64,000 nt of DNA from Mobula hypostoma (Eukaryota). Shown here one piece after another: positions 24,763-36,384 of this stretch. Within the stretch, counting starts at the first letter, position 1. Each line of letters begins with the position of its first letter. Location: contig NC_086101.1 in NCBI RefSeq assembly GCF_963921235.1, positions 18,910,001-18,974,000 on the forward strand. Reading direction: 5' to 3'. Under the pieces are notes generated by a model. The model was given only the letters and a program-made list of their open reading frames with translations, made no database searches and was not told where the DNA came from. A program made the position numbers and the translations under genes.

Positions 24763-25434
24763 TAGCAGAGCGATCCCACCAGCGATCAAAAGGCAGTCTC
24801 CCCTCTCTGAAGCAGAGCGATCCCACCAGCGATCAAAAGGCAGTCTCCCCTCTCTGGCAGCAGAGCGATCCCACCAGTGATCAAAAAGCAGTCTCCCCTC
24901 TCCAGTAGCAGAGTGATCCCACCAGCGATCAAAAAGCAGTCTCCCCTCTCTGTAGCAGAGCGATCCCACCAGCGATCAAAAGGCAGTCTCCCCTCTCTGT
25001 AGCAGAGCGATCCCACCAGCGATCAAAAGGCAGTCTCCCCTCTCTGTAGCAGAGCGATCCCACCAGCGATCAAAAGGCAGTCTCCCCTCTCTGTAGCAGA
25101 GCAATCCCACCAGCGATCAAAAGCCAGTCTCCACTCTCTGTAGCAGAACGATCCCACCAGTGATCAAAAGGCAGTCTCCCCTCTCTGTAGCAGAGCGATC
25201 CCACCAGCGATCAAAAGGCAGTCTCCCCTCTCTGTAGCAGAGCGATCCCACCAGCGATCAAAAGCCAGTCTCCACTCTCTGTAGCAGAACGATCCCACCA
25301 GTGATCAAAAGGCAATCTCCCCTCTCTGTAGCAGAGTGATCCCACCAACGATAAAAAGCCAGTCTCCCCTCTCTGTAGTAGAGCGATCCCACCAGCAATC
25401 AAAAAGCAGTCTCCCCTCTCTGTAGCAGAGCGAT
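24763..25434. repeat. 47-bp minisatellite, about 14 copies
   Basis: Unit TAGCAGAGCGATCCCACCAGCGATCAAAAGGCAGTCTCCCCTCTCTG (period checked between 24961 and 25008). Confidence 0.95.
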
Positions 25435-26035
25435 AGTGATAAAAAGGCAGGCAGTCAGCTTTCACCGTCTACTGTTTCGGAATATTTCAATCTCCCTTGT
25501 TGCTTTAATTGGTGAACAATGGAAGCTTTAATCAGTGAAATGGAGCTGAAGATTGTCTCGAGCCCCGTCCCGCAGCCTTGTCAATACGAGATTTATGCAG
25601 CAGCCTCTGTCTCCCGGAATCCCCTTAGAGAGTGCAGACACTGAAACACCCAAACGATCTCCAAACTACAAATCACAGGCTCCAACAGTTCCAGAATCTC
25701 ATTCAAAACAAATGTAAAAGACACAAAAAAAGTGAAATATATGGTTCTATCTGTGCAGAAGATGTGGCGGCTGGGGGAGGGGGCAGAGTGACATAGGGAT
25801 AGGGGAAGGGGGAGGGAATTACCGGAAGTTGGAGAATTCAATGTTCATACCAAGGGGTTGGAGACTACCCAGATGGTATATGAGGTGTTGCTCCTCCAAC
25901 CTGAGCTTAGCCTCATCAGCCATGCTGAGCTCGTCAATTTCATCGACTTTACTTCAAACTTCCGCCCAGCCCTCAAATTCATTTGGTCTATCTCGGACAC
26001 TTCTCTCCCCTTTCTCGATCTCTCGGTCTCCATCT

Positions 26036-26510
26036 TGGTTTGCGATCATGTGTGCTGGGGCAGCAGGCTGAGGGTAGCAGACACCAACAGAATCAACAAA
26101 CTCATTCGTAAGGCCAGTGATGTTGTGAGGATGGAACTGGACTCTCTGACGGTGGTGTCTGAAAAGAGGATGCTGTCCAAGTTGCATGCCATCTTGGACA
26201 ATGTCTCCCATCCACTACATAATGTACTGGGTGGGCACAGGAGTACATTCAGCCAGAGACTCATTCCACCGAGATGCAACACAGAGCGTCATAGGAAGTC
26301 ATTCCTGCCTGTAGCCATCAAACTTTACAACTCCTCCCTTGGAGGGTCAGACACCCTGAGCCAATAAGCTGGTCCTGGACTTATTTTCTGGCATAATTTA
26401 GATATTACTATTTTAACTATTTATGGTTTTATTACTATTTATTATTTATGGTGCAACTGTAACGAAAACCAATTTCCCCCGGGATCAATAAAGTATGACT
26501 ATGACTATGA
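26036..26510 (+). mobile_element. Young 5'-truncated Rex1/Babar-type LINE inserted in the Penelope RT
   Basis: CATCT duplicated on both sides; (TATGAC)n tail after AATAAA; peptide almost identical to the minus-strand ORF at 54991-55569. Confidence 0.85.
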
Positions 26511-27650
26511 CATCTCTGGAGACAGACTATCCACTGACATCTTCTACAAGCCCACTGACTCTCATAACTACCTCGACTATACCTCTTCCCACCCAGCCAC
26601 ATGCAGAATGCCATTCCCTATTCCCAGTTCCTCCGTCTCTGCCGCATCTACTCCCAGGATGAAGCTTTCTGTTCCAGGACATCTCAAATGTCTTCTTTCT
26701 TTAAGGATCGTGGTATCCCTTCTGCCGTCATCAATGATGCCCCCACCCGCATCTCCTCCATTTCCTGCACTTTGGCCCTCACCCCATCCTCCCGCAACCA
26801 CAACAGAGTTCCCCTTGTCCTCACCTACCACCCCACCAGTCTCCAGATCCAGCACATTATCCTCCGCAACTTCCGCCACCTTCAACAGAACCCCACCACT
26901 AAGCACATCTTTCCCTCTCCACCCCTCTCCACTTTCCGCAGGGATCGGTCCCTCCCCACGGATCTCCCACCTGGCACTTATCCCTGTAAGCGTAAGTGCT
27001 ACACCTGTCCCTACACCTCCTCTCCTGCCACCATTCAGGGCCCCAAACAGTCCTTCCAGGTGAGGCAACACTTCACTTGTGAGTCTGTTGGGGTCATCTA
27101 TTGCATCCGGTGCTCCCGGTGCGGCCTCCTCTACATCGGTGAAACAAGATGCAGATTGGGGGACCACTTCGTTGAGCACCTCCACTCCGTCCGCCACAAC
27201 AGACAGGATCTTCCAGTAGCCACCCACTTCAACTCTGCTTCACATTCCCCTTTGGATATGTCTGTTCATGGCCTCCCCTACTGCCATGATGAGGCTAAAC
27301 TCAGGTTGGAGGAGCAACACCTCATATACCATCTAGGTAGTCTCCAGCCCCTTGGTATAAACATAGAATTCTCCAACTTCCAGTAATTCCCTCCCCCTCC
27401 CTTCCCCTATCTCTATTTCACTTTGCCCCCTCCCCCAGCTGCCTACCACCTCTCTCCTGGTTCCGCCTCTTTCTACTACCCATTGTGTTTTCCCCTATTC
27501 TTTCTTCACCTTTCCTGCCTATCACCTCCCTGCCTCCCCTACCCCACCCCTTTATCTTTCCCCTTACTGGTTCTTCACCTGGAACCTACCAGCCTTCTCC
27601 TTCCCACCCTCCCCCCACCTTCCTTATAGGGCCTCTGCCCCTTCCCTCTA

Positions 27651-27688
27651 CAGTTCTGACGAAGGGTTCCGGCCCGAAACGTTGACTG
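27651..27688 (+). ncRNA. Minimal type-I hammerhead ribozyme motif (Penelope-associated)
   Basis: Stem I CAGTT/GACTG; core CTGACGA; stem II GGG-TTCCGG-CCC; GAAACGTT. Confidence 0.7.
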
Positions 27689-27746
27689 ATCGTTTCCATG
27701 GATGCTGCCCGACCTGTTGAGTTCCTCCAGCGTGTTGTGAGTGTAT

Positions 27747-28255
27747 TCATTCAGATCCTCTGATGAGTCCTTGAACACGGCCCAGTCCACCGACTGAAGC
27801 AATCCCATAGCCTCTCCGCCTCTCCTTGTCTCCCATGACCACCTCTTTGTTGTCCTTGCCTCTGGAGTTTCGCTCTTCAGCCTTGTATCTTGTAAGCAGA
27901 TAGGAGGAGGACAGCTGAACGATCAGATTTCCGAAAGTGCGGTTTAGGGAATCGAATGATAGTGCATTGCTTATGGTAGTACAGCGGTAGTCGAGTGTGT
28001 TGGGACCCCCGGTGCTGCAGGGGATATGCTGATGATAAATTTCTTTAAGCAAGCCTGACTGAGGACCCCGAGAATGATTGGAAAGGCGTCAGGGTAGGCT
28101 GTTTCTTGTTTGCTTATCACTGCATGCAATACCTCAAGTGCTTGCTTAACACCAGCCTCTGGTGATACGTAAACCATGGTCAGAATCACTGAGGAGAACT
28201 CTCAGTAAGTAGAATGGCTGGCACTTAATCAATAGATGTTCCTGTTCAGAGGGAC
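27747..28255 (-). mobile_element. Rex1/Babar-type LINE upstream (APE-linker) fragment
   Basis: Minus-strand ILTMVYVSP...QETAYPDAF, NTLDY, SVDWAVFKDSSEDLNEY. Confidence 0.65.
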
Positions 28256-28704
28256 GAGAGCGTGACAAGTCCTCTGTGTCTGAGCACAAGTGGGTAGGTG
28301 ACCAAAACTGCACACGATACTCCAAACTAGGCTTCACTGACGTTAAATACAGCTTCAGTGTTACACCCCAACTCCTGTGTTCATTTGTCTGATTTTTGAA
28401 GGCCACGGTGCCAAAATCTCTCTTTGGGACCCAGTCTGCCTGAGTCACCACTTCCATGGAAATCTGGATCTGTATTCCAGGATCCCTTTGTTCTGCTGCA
28501 CAAGGTGGCAAAAGCTGCCTCTTGAGGACAGAGATATTCCGGGCTGCCAGCTGCTCAAATTAGAGAGAGAGGCCTTCCAGTCAACCCACAACCAACAAAG
28601 CTCATTTGTTATTCTCCCTGCATTCTCGTCTAATCTCTCCCAATTCCACCAATCCCCTACACATGAGGGCAAGTAACTACTCTCTCCCGATTTCACCAAA
28701 TCCT

Positions 28705-30041
28705 GTAACAGCACATTTGGAAAGCGGTAAAATGATCGGACAAAGTCAGCATGGATTTGTGAAAGGAAAATCATGTCTGACGAATCTCATAGAATTTTTT
28801 GAGGATGTAACTAGTAGAGTGGATAGGGGAGAACCAGTGGATGTGGTATATTTGGATTTTCAAAAGGCTTTTGACAAGGTCCCACATAGGAGATTAGTGT
28901 GCAAACTTAAAGCACACGGTATTGGGGGTAAGGTATTGGTGTGGGTGGAGAATTGGTTAGCAGACAGGAAGCAAAGAGTGGGAATAAACGGGACCTTTTC
29001 AGAATGGCAGGCGGTGACTAGTGGGGTACCGCAAGGCTCAGTGCTGGGACCCCAGTTGTTTACAATATATATTAATGACTTGGATGAGGGAATTAAATGC
29101 AGCATCTCCAAGTTTGCGGATGACACGAAGCTGGGTGGCAGTGTTAGCAGTGAGGAGGATGCTAAGAGGATGCAGGGTGACTTGGATAGGTTGGGTGAGT
29201 GGGCAAACTCATGGCAGATGCAATTTAATGTGGATAAATGTGAAGTTATCCACTTTGGTGGCAAAAATAGGAAAACAGATTATTATCTGAATGGTGGCCG
29301 ATTAGGAAAAGGGGAGGTGCAACGAGACCTGGGTGTCATTATACACCAGTCATTGAAAGTGGGCATGCAGGTACAGCAGGCGGTGAAAAAGGCGAACGGT
29401 ATGCTGGCATTTATAGCGAGAGGATTCGAGTACAGGAGCAGGGAGGTACTACTGCAGTTGTACAAGGCCTTGGTGAGACCACACCTGGAGTATTGTGTGC
29501 AGTTTTGGTCCCCTAATCTGAGGAAAGACATCTTTGCCATAGAGGGAGTACAAAGAAGGTTCACCAGATTGATTCCTGGGATGGCAGGTCTTTCATATGA
29601 AGAAAGACTGGATGAACTGGGCTTGTACTCGTTGGAATTTAGAAGATTGAGGGGGGATCTGATTGAAACGTACAAGATCCTAAAGGGATTGGACAGGCTA
29701 GATGCGGGAAGATTGTTCCCGATGTTGGGGAGGTCTAGAACGAGGGGTCACAGTTTGAGGATAGAGGGGAAGCCTTTTAGGACCGAGGTTAGGAAAAACT
29801 TCTTCACACAGAGTGGTGAATCTGTGGAATTCTCTGCCACAGCAAACTGTTGAGGCCAGTTCATTGGCTATGTTTAAAAGGAAGTTAGATATGGCCCTTG
29901 TGGCTACGGGGGTCAGGGGGTATGGAGGGAAGGCTGGGTTCTGAGTTGAATGATCAGCCATGATCATAATAAATGGCGGTGCAGGCTCGAAGGGCCGAAT
30001 GGCCTACTCCTGCACCTATTTTCTATGTTTCTATGTTTCTA
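28705..30041 (+). mobile_element. Young 5'-truncated CR1 LINE with an open RT domain
   Basis: ORF 28606-29853: QHGFVKGKSCLTNL, YLDFQKAFDKV, SGVPQGSVLGP, KFADDTK; (TTCTATGT)n tail. Confidence 0.95.
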
Positions 30042-30049
30042 CATGAGGG

Positions 30050-30985
30050 TGTGACGAAAGAGGGTTACAAAAAGTACACATAGACTAAGATGTTAACTGT
30101 CCTGTGCTGGCACCAGTGGGATCAGCAGTTGGTCTGCCACCTGTCTTCAGGAGAAAGAGAGATAAGGAAGACAATGGAGCTGCATTTGGAAATGTTAATG
30201 AAGAGACGAGAGAGTTTAACAGAAGGAGACACTGGTCTGAGAGCTGTCAAGATCGGCTCCTTTTTGAACCCTGAACTGTTTGAAGTGTGATGGACAGGCG
30301 ATACCCCGGCAGGGGGATAAAAAGGGACAGCTTCGCTAAGGCAGGACACACACGACACCATGAGGTAACGAGACCCTGGAAGCGGTGCGCCTCCCACAAG
30401 TCGGTGGGAGTTTTTGGAGGGCTGATCGCGGGACCAAGCCAGAGACGCACAGGGTGGAAAGGTATGATCGGCGGGTACCTGGTGTGTGTGTCCACCCTTG
30501 CCTGGGTGCCGGGTTCACTGCTGAGGAACGATCGTATCTGAAACAGAGGGGTCACAGTCGGTGACCTCAGAAGACATTACAAAGGGCTCGCCCGAAAGCT
30601 GACTGCGAGGAATATCGAAGGTCTGTGTGGAAGCCGTTTTGAATATTCATTCGCTTTCGCCCTCTCTCTCCTTCCCCCCCCCACCCCGTCTACTGGCACG
30701 GCAGTGATTACTGTGAACTGAACTGAACTCAATTGAACTGAACTTTGCGTCACTTTGAAAATGGTCATTTACCCCTAGACGACGATAGAGCTTGATTGAT
30801 CCTATTATCCTAGTTCTGTGGACATGTGTGTTTATCATTGCTGAACTGTTGTATTTATTATCCTTTTGATTAGAGTACTGTGTTGCTTATTTCTTTAATA
30901 AAACTTTCTTAGTTCCAGTAATCCAGACTCCAACTGAGTGATCCATTTCTGCTGGTTTGGCAACCCAGTTATGGGGTATGTAACA
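30050..30985 (+). mobile_element. Solo LTR (Gypsy-like), 936 bp
   Basis: TGTGAC...GTAACA termini; exact 4-bp TSD AGGG (30046-30049 and 30986-30989); GATAAAA near 30316 and AATAAA at 30897. Confidence 0.88.
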
Positions 30986-31899
30986 AGGGCAAGTAACTAC
31001 AGTACTCTCTCCTGATACCGTCACTCCCCCCTCACACGAGGGGCAAGTACAGTAACGATGGCCGTCGGACCTACATGTGAGGTGAGTCTGGAGCGAGTGG
31101 GGGGAGGGTGTAACCCATTGGTCACGGGGCGGACGTGCAAACACCACAGAGGCAGCAGCAGAGGTCAGGGTCGAACACGGGTCTCTGGTGCTGTGAGGCG
31201 CTGGTTCTGCCCACTGAGGAGTCTTACATCCAAACGCTGTGCAGGCCATGGGTTCTCAGGAATGTTGGTAAAGCCCCTGGGGTTCTTGCTAAACACCTCC
31301 CTCAATGGACTCGCTCTTCGACTTCACCACAGTGTGAAGAACACAAAAACCACATGGAAATTTCTACAGATGTACCGTGGAGAGCTTTCTGACTGGCTGC
31401 AAAGAGTTGTAAACTTAGTCAGCTCCATCACGGACACTGGCTTCCATAGTATCCAGGGCATCTTCAGGGAGTGGTGCCTCAAAAAGTGGGTCCACCACCA
31501 CCCAGGACATACCCTCTTCTGATTGTCACCATCAGGTAGGAGGTACAGAAGCCTGAAGGCACACACTCAGCAATTCAGGAACAGCTTCTTCCCCTCCACC
31601 ATCCGATTCCTAAATGGACATTGAGCTCATAAACACTACCTCACTACTTTTTTTCTTTCTAACATCGCACTACTTATTTAATAGATATACCCACTGTAAT
31701 TCATTTCTTCCCTCTATTATCATGTACTTCATCGTACTGCTGCTGCAAGGTTAACAAATTTCACGACCTATGCTGGTGATATTAAACCTGATTCCTTCTG
31801 CCCAACAACAGGAATTCTGCAGATGCTGGAAATTCAAGCAACACACATCAAAGTTGCTGGTGAACGCAGCAGGCCAGGCAGCATCTCTAGGAAGAGGTG

Positions 31900-31937
31900 C
31901 AGTCGACGTTTCAGGCCGAGACCCTTCGTCAGGACTA
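31900..31937 (-). ncRNA. Minimal type-I hammerhead ribozyme motif (minus strand)
   Basis: Exact reverse complement of 31960-31997. Confidence 0.7.
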
Positions 31938-31959
31938 ACAGTCTCACTCTTCCTTCAGT

Positions 31960-31997
31960 TAGTCCTGACGAAGGGTCTCGGCCTGAAACGTCGACTG
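31960..31997 (+). ncRNA. Minimal type-I hammerhead ribozyme motif (plus strand)
   Basis: TAGTC-CTGACGA-AGG(GTCTCGG)CCT-GAAACGTC-GACTG: stem I AGTC/GACT, CUGANGA and GAAA cores, palindromic ACGT in place of stem III, GUC triplet. Confidence 0.72.
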
Positions 31998-32696
31998 CAC
32001 CTCTTCCTATAGATGCTGCCTGGCCTGCTGCGTTCACCAGCAACTTTGATGTGTGTTCCTTCTGCCCAGCTCCACGTTCCCGATTTCCATTCTGCTCCCA
32101 TCTATTGGACCTTCTCAAAATCAAAGGCACCATGTTACATGGTGATAGAGCACAGAAGCAGGCCTTTCGGCCCAACCTGGCCCTGCTGACCATTAAGTAA
32201 ACTCATTCCATTTACCGGCACTTGTTCTATATTTTGGCCTCTCCAGTGCCAGGTTCCCAATCAGGGCTCCACGGTCACCTCGGTTAATGGTAGGGGCCCC
32301 AAGTCTCGGAACACCTGCTCTATATAACGTGATGAAAGTATCCGCTTCCACCACCCTCCTAGGCAGAACATTTCAGATTCCAAACAGCGTCTGGGTGAAA
32401 AATAATATCCTCAGATATTCTTTAACCCAGTTCCGCACCCCCCCCACCACCACCACCTTCAACCTTTTCCCGCCATCTTCAGACAGCAGTGCAGCGGGGG
32501 AAATCCCCCGTCCATGCCCCTCACAATTTCACCTCCCCCGCGGCCTCCGCTACTTCAAAGAAAACACACCCAGCCTCTCCAGAGACACAGGGGACGCTGG
32601 AACGTGCGGCCACAAACTACCTGACGTTTCCACCGAAAGTTCGGCAGTTCATTTTCCACCCCCGATGTTCCTCCCGTCCCCCGGCAGACTGGCGTC

Positions 32697-33617
32697 CCCA
32701 CCCTCACCCTCACCCCCAGCCTCTGTTGCCCCCCACCCTCACCCTCAACCCCCGGCCTCTGTTGCCTCCCACCCTCACTCTCAACCCCCGGCCTCTGTTG
32801 CTCCCCACCCTCACCCCCAGCCTCTGTTGCCCCCCACCCTCACCCCCACCTCCACCCCCAGCCTCTGTTGCCTCCCACCCCCACCCTCAACCCCCGGCCT
32901 CTGTTGCCTCCCACCCTCACCCTCAACCCCCGGCCTCTGTTGCCTCCCACCCTCACCCCCAGCCTCTGTTGCCTCCCACCCTCACCCTCAACCCCCGGCC
33001 TCTGTTGCCTCCCACCCTCAACCCCCGGCCTCTGTTGCCTCCCACCCTCACCCTCAACCCCCGGCCTCTGTTGCCTCCCATCCTCACCCTCAACCCCCAG
33101 CCTCTGTTGCCTCCCACACTCACCCTCAACCCCCGGCCTCTGTTGCCTCCCACCCTCACCCTCAACCCCCGGCCTCTGTTGCCTCCCACCCTCACCCTCA
33201 CCCTCACCCCCAGCCTCTGTTGCCTCCCACCCTCACCCTCAACCCTCACCCCCAGCCTCTGTTGCCTCCCATCCTCACCCTCAACCCCCAGCCTCTGTTG
33301 CCTCCCACCCTCACCCCCAGCCTCTGTTGCCTCCCACCCTCAACCCCCGGCCTCTGTTGCCTCCCACCCTCACCCTCAACCCCCGGCCTTTGTTGCCTCC
33401 CACCCTCAACCCCCGGCCTCTGTTGCCTCCCACCCTCACCCTCAACCCCAGCCTCTGTTGCCTCCCATCCTCACCCTCAACCCCCAGCCTCTGTTGCCTC
33501 CCACCCTCACCCTCAACCCCCGGCCTCTGTTGCCTCCCACCCTCACCCTCACCCCCAGCCTCTGTTGCCTCCCACCCTCACCCTCACCCTCACCCTCACC
33601 CCCAGCCTCTGTTGCCT
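32697..33617. repeat. C-rich variable minisatellite (~30-42-bp units containing CCCTCA hexamers)
   Basis: Unit CCCTCACCCTCAACCCCC(G/A)GCCTCTGTTGCCTCCCA with a variable number of CCCTCA. Confidence 0.95.
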
Positions 33618-33939
33618 TCCTTCGTAGTTTCTACAGGGATGAGTTGGTGTGCAGCAGCACAGATAAAACAGGGCACCTCGCAAGGATGCATTCTTATGAA
33701 AATGTCTGCATAGGATAGTTTTGCACTTAAACCTGCTGACAGATGCTGACTCACCCTCCCTCCTGCATCCGTGACTCTCACTGTTGGGTGTTTTAAGTAC
33801 CTTTATTCTTTTTTTTGCACTATTCATTTATTTGTAACTGATCTTGCGCTGCACTGCTGCCGCAAACAACAGATTTCACGCCATTTGCCGGGGATAATGA
33901 ACCAGATTCTGACTCAGACAGTCGGTACCGATTCGCGCA

Positions 33940-34100
33940 CCAGATTGGGTGGCAGTTTTCCTGTTTCAAAGATGGCGACCCCCTCGCCGCCGCCTCCCCC
34001 GCAGCAAACGCCAGTATAAAAGATGGCGGCGTGCCGCAGGGTCACCCGCCCCATAGGGCCGAGCAGACTCGGAGTGAGTGCCAGCCGAAGGCGGAAGTGG
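33940..34100 (+). promoter_or_regulatory. CpG-island promoter, probably for PPP1R11
   Basis: Reverse CCAAT at 33944, two YY1-type AAGATGGCG (33969, 34020), TATAAAAG 34015-34022, ETS-type CGGAAGTG at 34092. Confidence 0.7.
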
Positions 34101-34173
34101 AGTGGGGGAAGCAGATGGGCGGCGGACCGGGGACAGAGGACTGGAAGATGGAGGCGGAGTGACTGGGCTTCAG
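34045..34173 (+). other. PPP1R11: Probable non-coding first exon of PPP1R11 (start estimated)
   Basis: Strong donor CAG|GTAAGG at 34174; the next recognisable exon has a TTTCACAG acceptor at 46812 and contains the PPP1R11 ATG. Confidence 0.55.
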
Positions 34174-36384
34174 GTAAGGGGCCGCCGTCTGGGGCGGCCA
34201 TCCCGGTCGGGACGGCTGCCTCACCCTGTAAACACCGGCATAAAGAGGGGAGTGAGGATCCATCAGTGAGACGGATCTTGTCTGCCATTCAGTGCCCTGC
34301 AGTGTTAACGTGGGTCTGCTGATAAATGTCCTTATCTGTACGATAATATCCCGGTAGAGAAGTTGGTAAATAAATATTGTTACTGTAAATTAAATCTCTA
34401 AACATAATGTGGAGGTAGCTGATAAATGTCCTCACCTGCAAACTGATATCATGGGGTAAGCATTATGTGGACAATCCGTATTCTCTCCTGTAAATTAAAT
34501 TAATGTTCTAAACACAACGTGTATTAGGTAGGCAGTTCTCTTTTGTAAACCACTATACGGCTCTAAGCATAATCTATAATGTGAGGCAGTTGATAAAATA
34601 TCTTCTGTAAATTAATGAAATGCTCTTATCCCGTTGTATAAGTTGGAGACAGCTGATAAATTTGCTCATCTTAATATCATGCTTGAAACAATTTATAATA
34701 TAGGTCGCACACCAATAAATGTTTTCCTCTATAAATCAATATAAGCATTGTGTATAACTTGAAGGGAGCTGATAAGAATTTTCCCATGTAAATCTTGGGT
34801 GGCTGGGTGGAGCTGTATCTCTACCAAAGGTAATGTAAGGTGTTATTTCTCTCCGCTAGCCTGCAGGTCACCCTTGGGGAGGGTGTAGCACCTGCTTAGC
34901 CCCCGGGATCAGGCTCACCTGAAGCCATGGGAGCAGCTGGTGCATTTCACAAGTCCTGACTGTGTGACCACTGAGGCCAGGCAGACAATCTCTGAAGAGC
35001 TTTGATAATGGCTGGGGTCACCCATCTTGTAAAAACACTGCTCAGAGGAAGGCAGTGGCAATACACTTGTGCAGAAAATTTTGCCAAGAACAATCCTGGT
35101 CATGGAAAGGCCATGATTGCCCACGTCATTGACTTGGCACATAGTGAACGAACTAAATTAATATAATGTATCGTGTAGGACCAGCTGATTAAATAAATAT
35201 TCTCCCCTGTAAGATGATGTAATGCTTTTCACAGTGTATAACTTCAAGGATGCTGGTAAATGTGCTTATCTATAAATTAATGTCATGTTTGATGCATAAT
35301 TTACAATAAGTAGCAGATGCTAAATAAATATTCTCTCTAAAATAATGTAATATGCTAAACACTAAAATCATGAGGCCTAGGAGCAAAAGTAGACTAGTCA
35401 GTCCATCGAGTGCCCCACTGTTCCACCATGGCTGATTTATTCTTCTGCTTTCTCACCATATCTTTTGATGTCCTTACCAGTGACTTGGCCTCCACGTATT
35501 CATCACTCTTGGCTAAAGAAATTCTCTCTCACCTCTGTTTTAAAGGGACATCCTTCTCTTCCGAAACCGTGCACGCTGGTCCTGGACTCTCCCACTATGG
35601 GAAACATCCTCTCCTCGTCTACTCTGTCTAGGCCCTTTCAATATTAAGTAGATTTAAAAGAGAACCCCCGTCACTTTTCTAAACTCCGGAGTACTGGCCC
35701 AGTACCATCAAACGTTCGGCATATGTTAACCCTTTCACTCCCAGGATAGTTCTTTTAAACCTCTTCGGGACCCTCTCCAGTGACAGCACCTCCGTACTTG
35801 CATGAGGGGCCCAAAACTGCTCTCAATGCTCAAAGTAAAGCCTCAGCATCACATCCTTGCTTGTACATTCTGGTCCTCTCACAATGAATGGCTACATTGC
35901 ATTTGCCTTCCCCACCACTGACTCGACCTGCAGGTTAACCTTCAGGGAATCCTGCACAAAGACTCCCTCGTCCCTTTGTATCTCAGTGCATGATGATGGT
36001 TGTTCAGCTGGTCAAACTCCAACTGGAGGAATGGGTGCTAACTGGTAACATAGTTCTGATCTGTAACCTAATATACAGCCATAAAACAGTGTGTACGTGA
36101 ACGTCAGTGACAAGTGATTAGGCATGTCTTCACAGCTACATAATACTAACAATCCAGTGTAATGGGGAAGGAGCTGGTCAGCTATAACATAGTACTGATG
36201 ACAGGTATTAATATCTATAATTTTATATAGTATTAATATTCAAATATATTCCATTTTAATATAATATTGTGCTGTATTAATCAGAAACAAGTTTACTATC
36301 ACTTGCATATCTCATGAAATGTGTTGTTTGGAGCAATCAGTACTGTGCCATGCAATACATCACATGCATAAGAAAAATATACAG

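Larger units (their letters stand above)
25766..27744 (+). mobile_element. Penelope-like retroelement (RT C-terminus and GIY-YIG endonuclease) with inverted partial terminal repeat
   Basis: LPFLDLSVSI (RT); ORF 26601-27386 with VIYCIRCSRCGLLYIGET (GIY-YIG type); 25766-25917 is a diverged reverse complement of 27288-27443; hammerhead motif in the 3' tail. Confidence 0.9.
31805..32057. mobile_element. Penelope-derived palindromic mini-element
   Basis: 100-bp inverted arms 31840-31939 and 31958-32057 (one mismatch), 18-nt spacer, 13-bp direct repeat TTCCTTCTGCCCA at 31792 and 32056. Confidence 0.88.

Noticed and set aside
24763-25434. CRISPR-like appearance of regular repeats (also 41093-41412 and 59841-61279)
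   Set aside because: Units are head-to-tail without unique spacers, no cas genes are present, and the context is vertebrate.
28606-29853. 415-aa RT ORF as a domesticated host gene
   Set aside because: Typical 5'-truncated CR1 with its tail intact, no ATG at the ORF start and a frameshift near the C-terminus.
32287-33718. Proline-rich ORFs of 281-446 aa
   Set aside because: All three frames are open because the C-rich minisatellite lacks stop codons; no splice or domain support.
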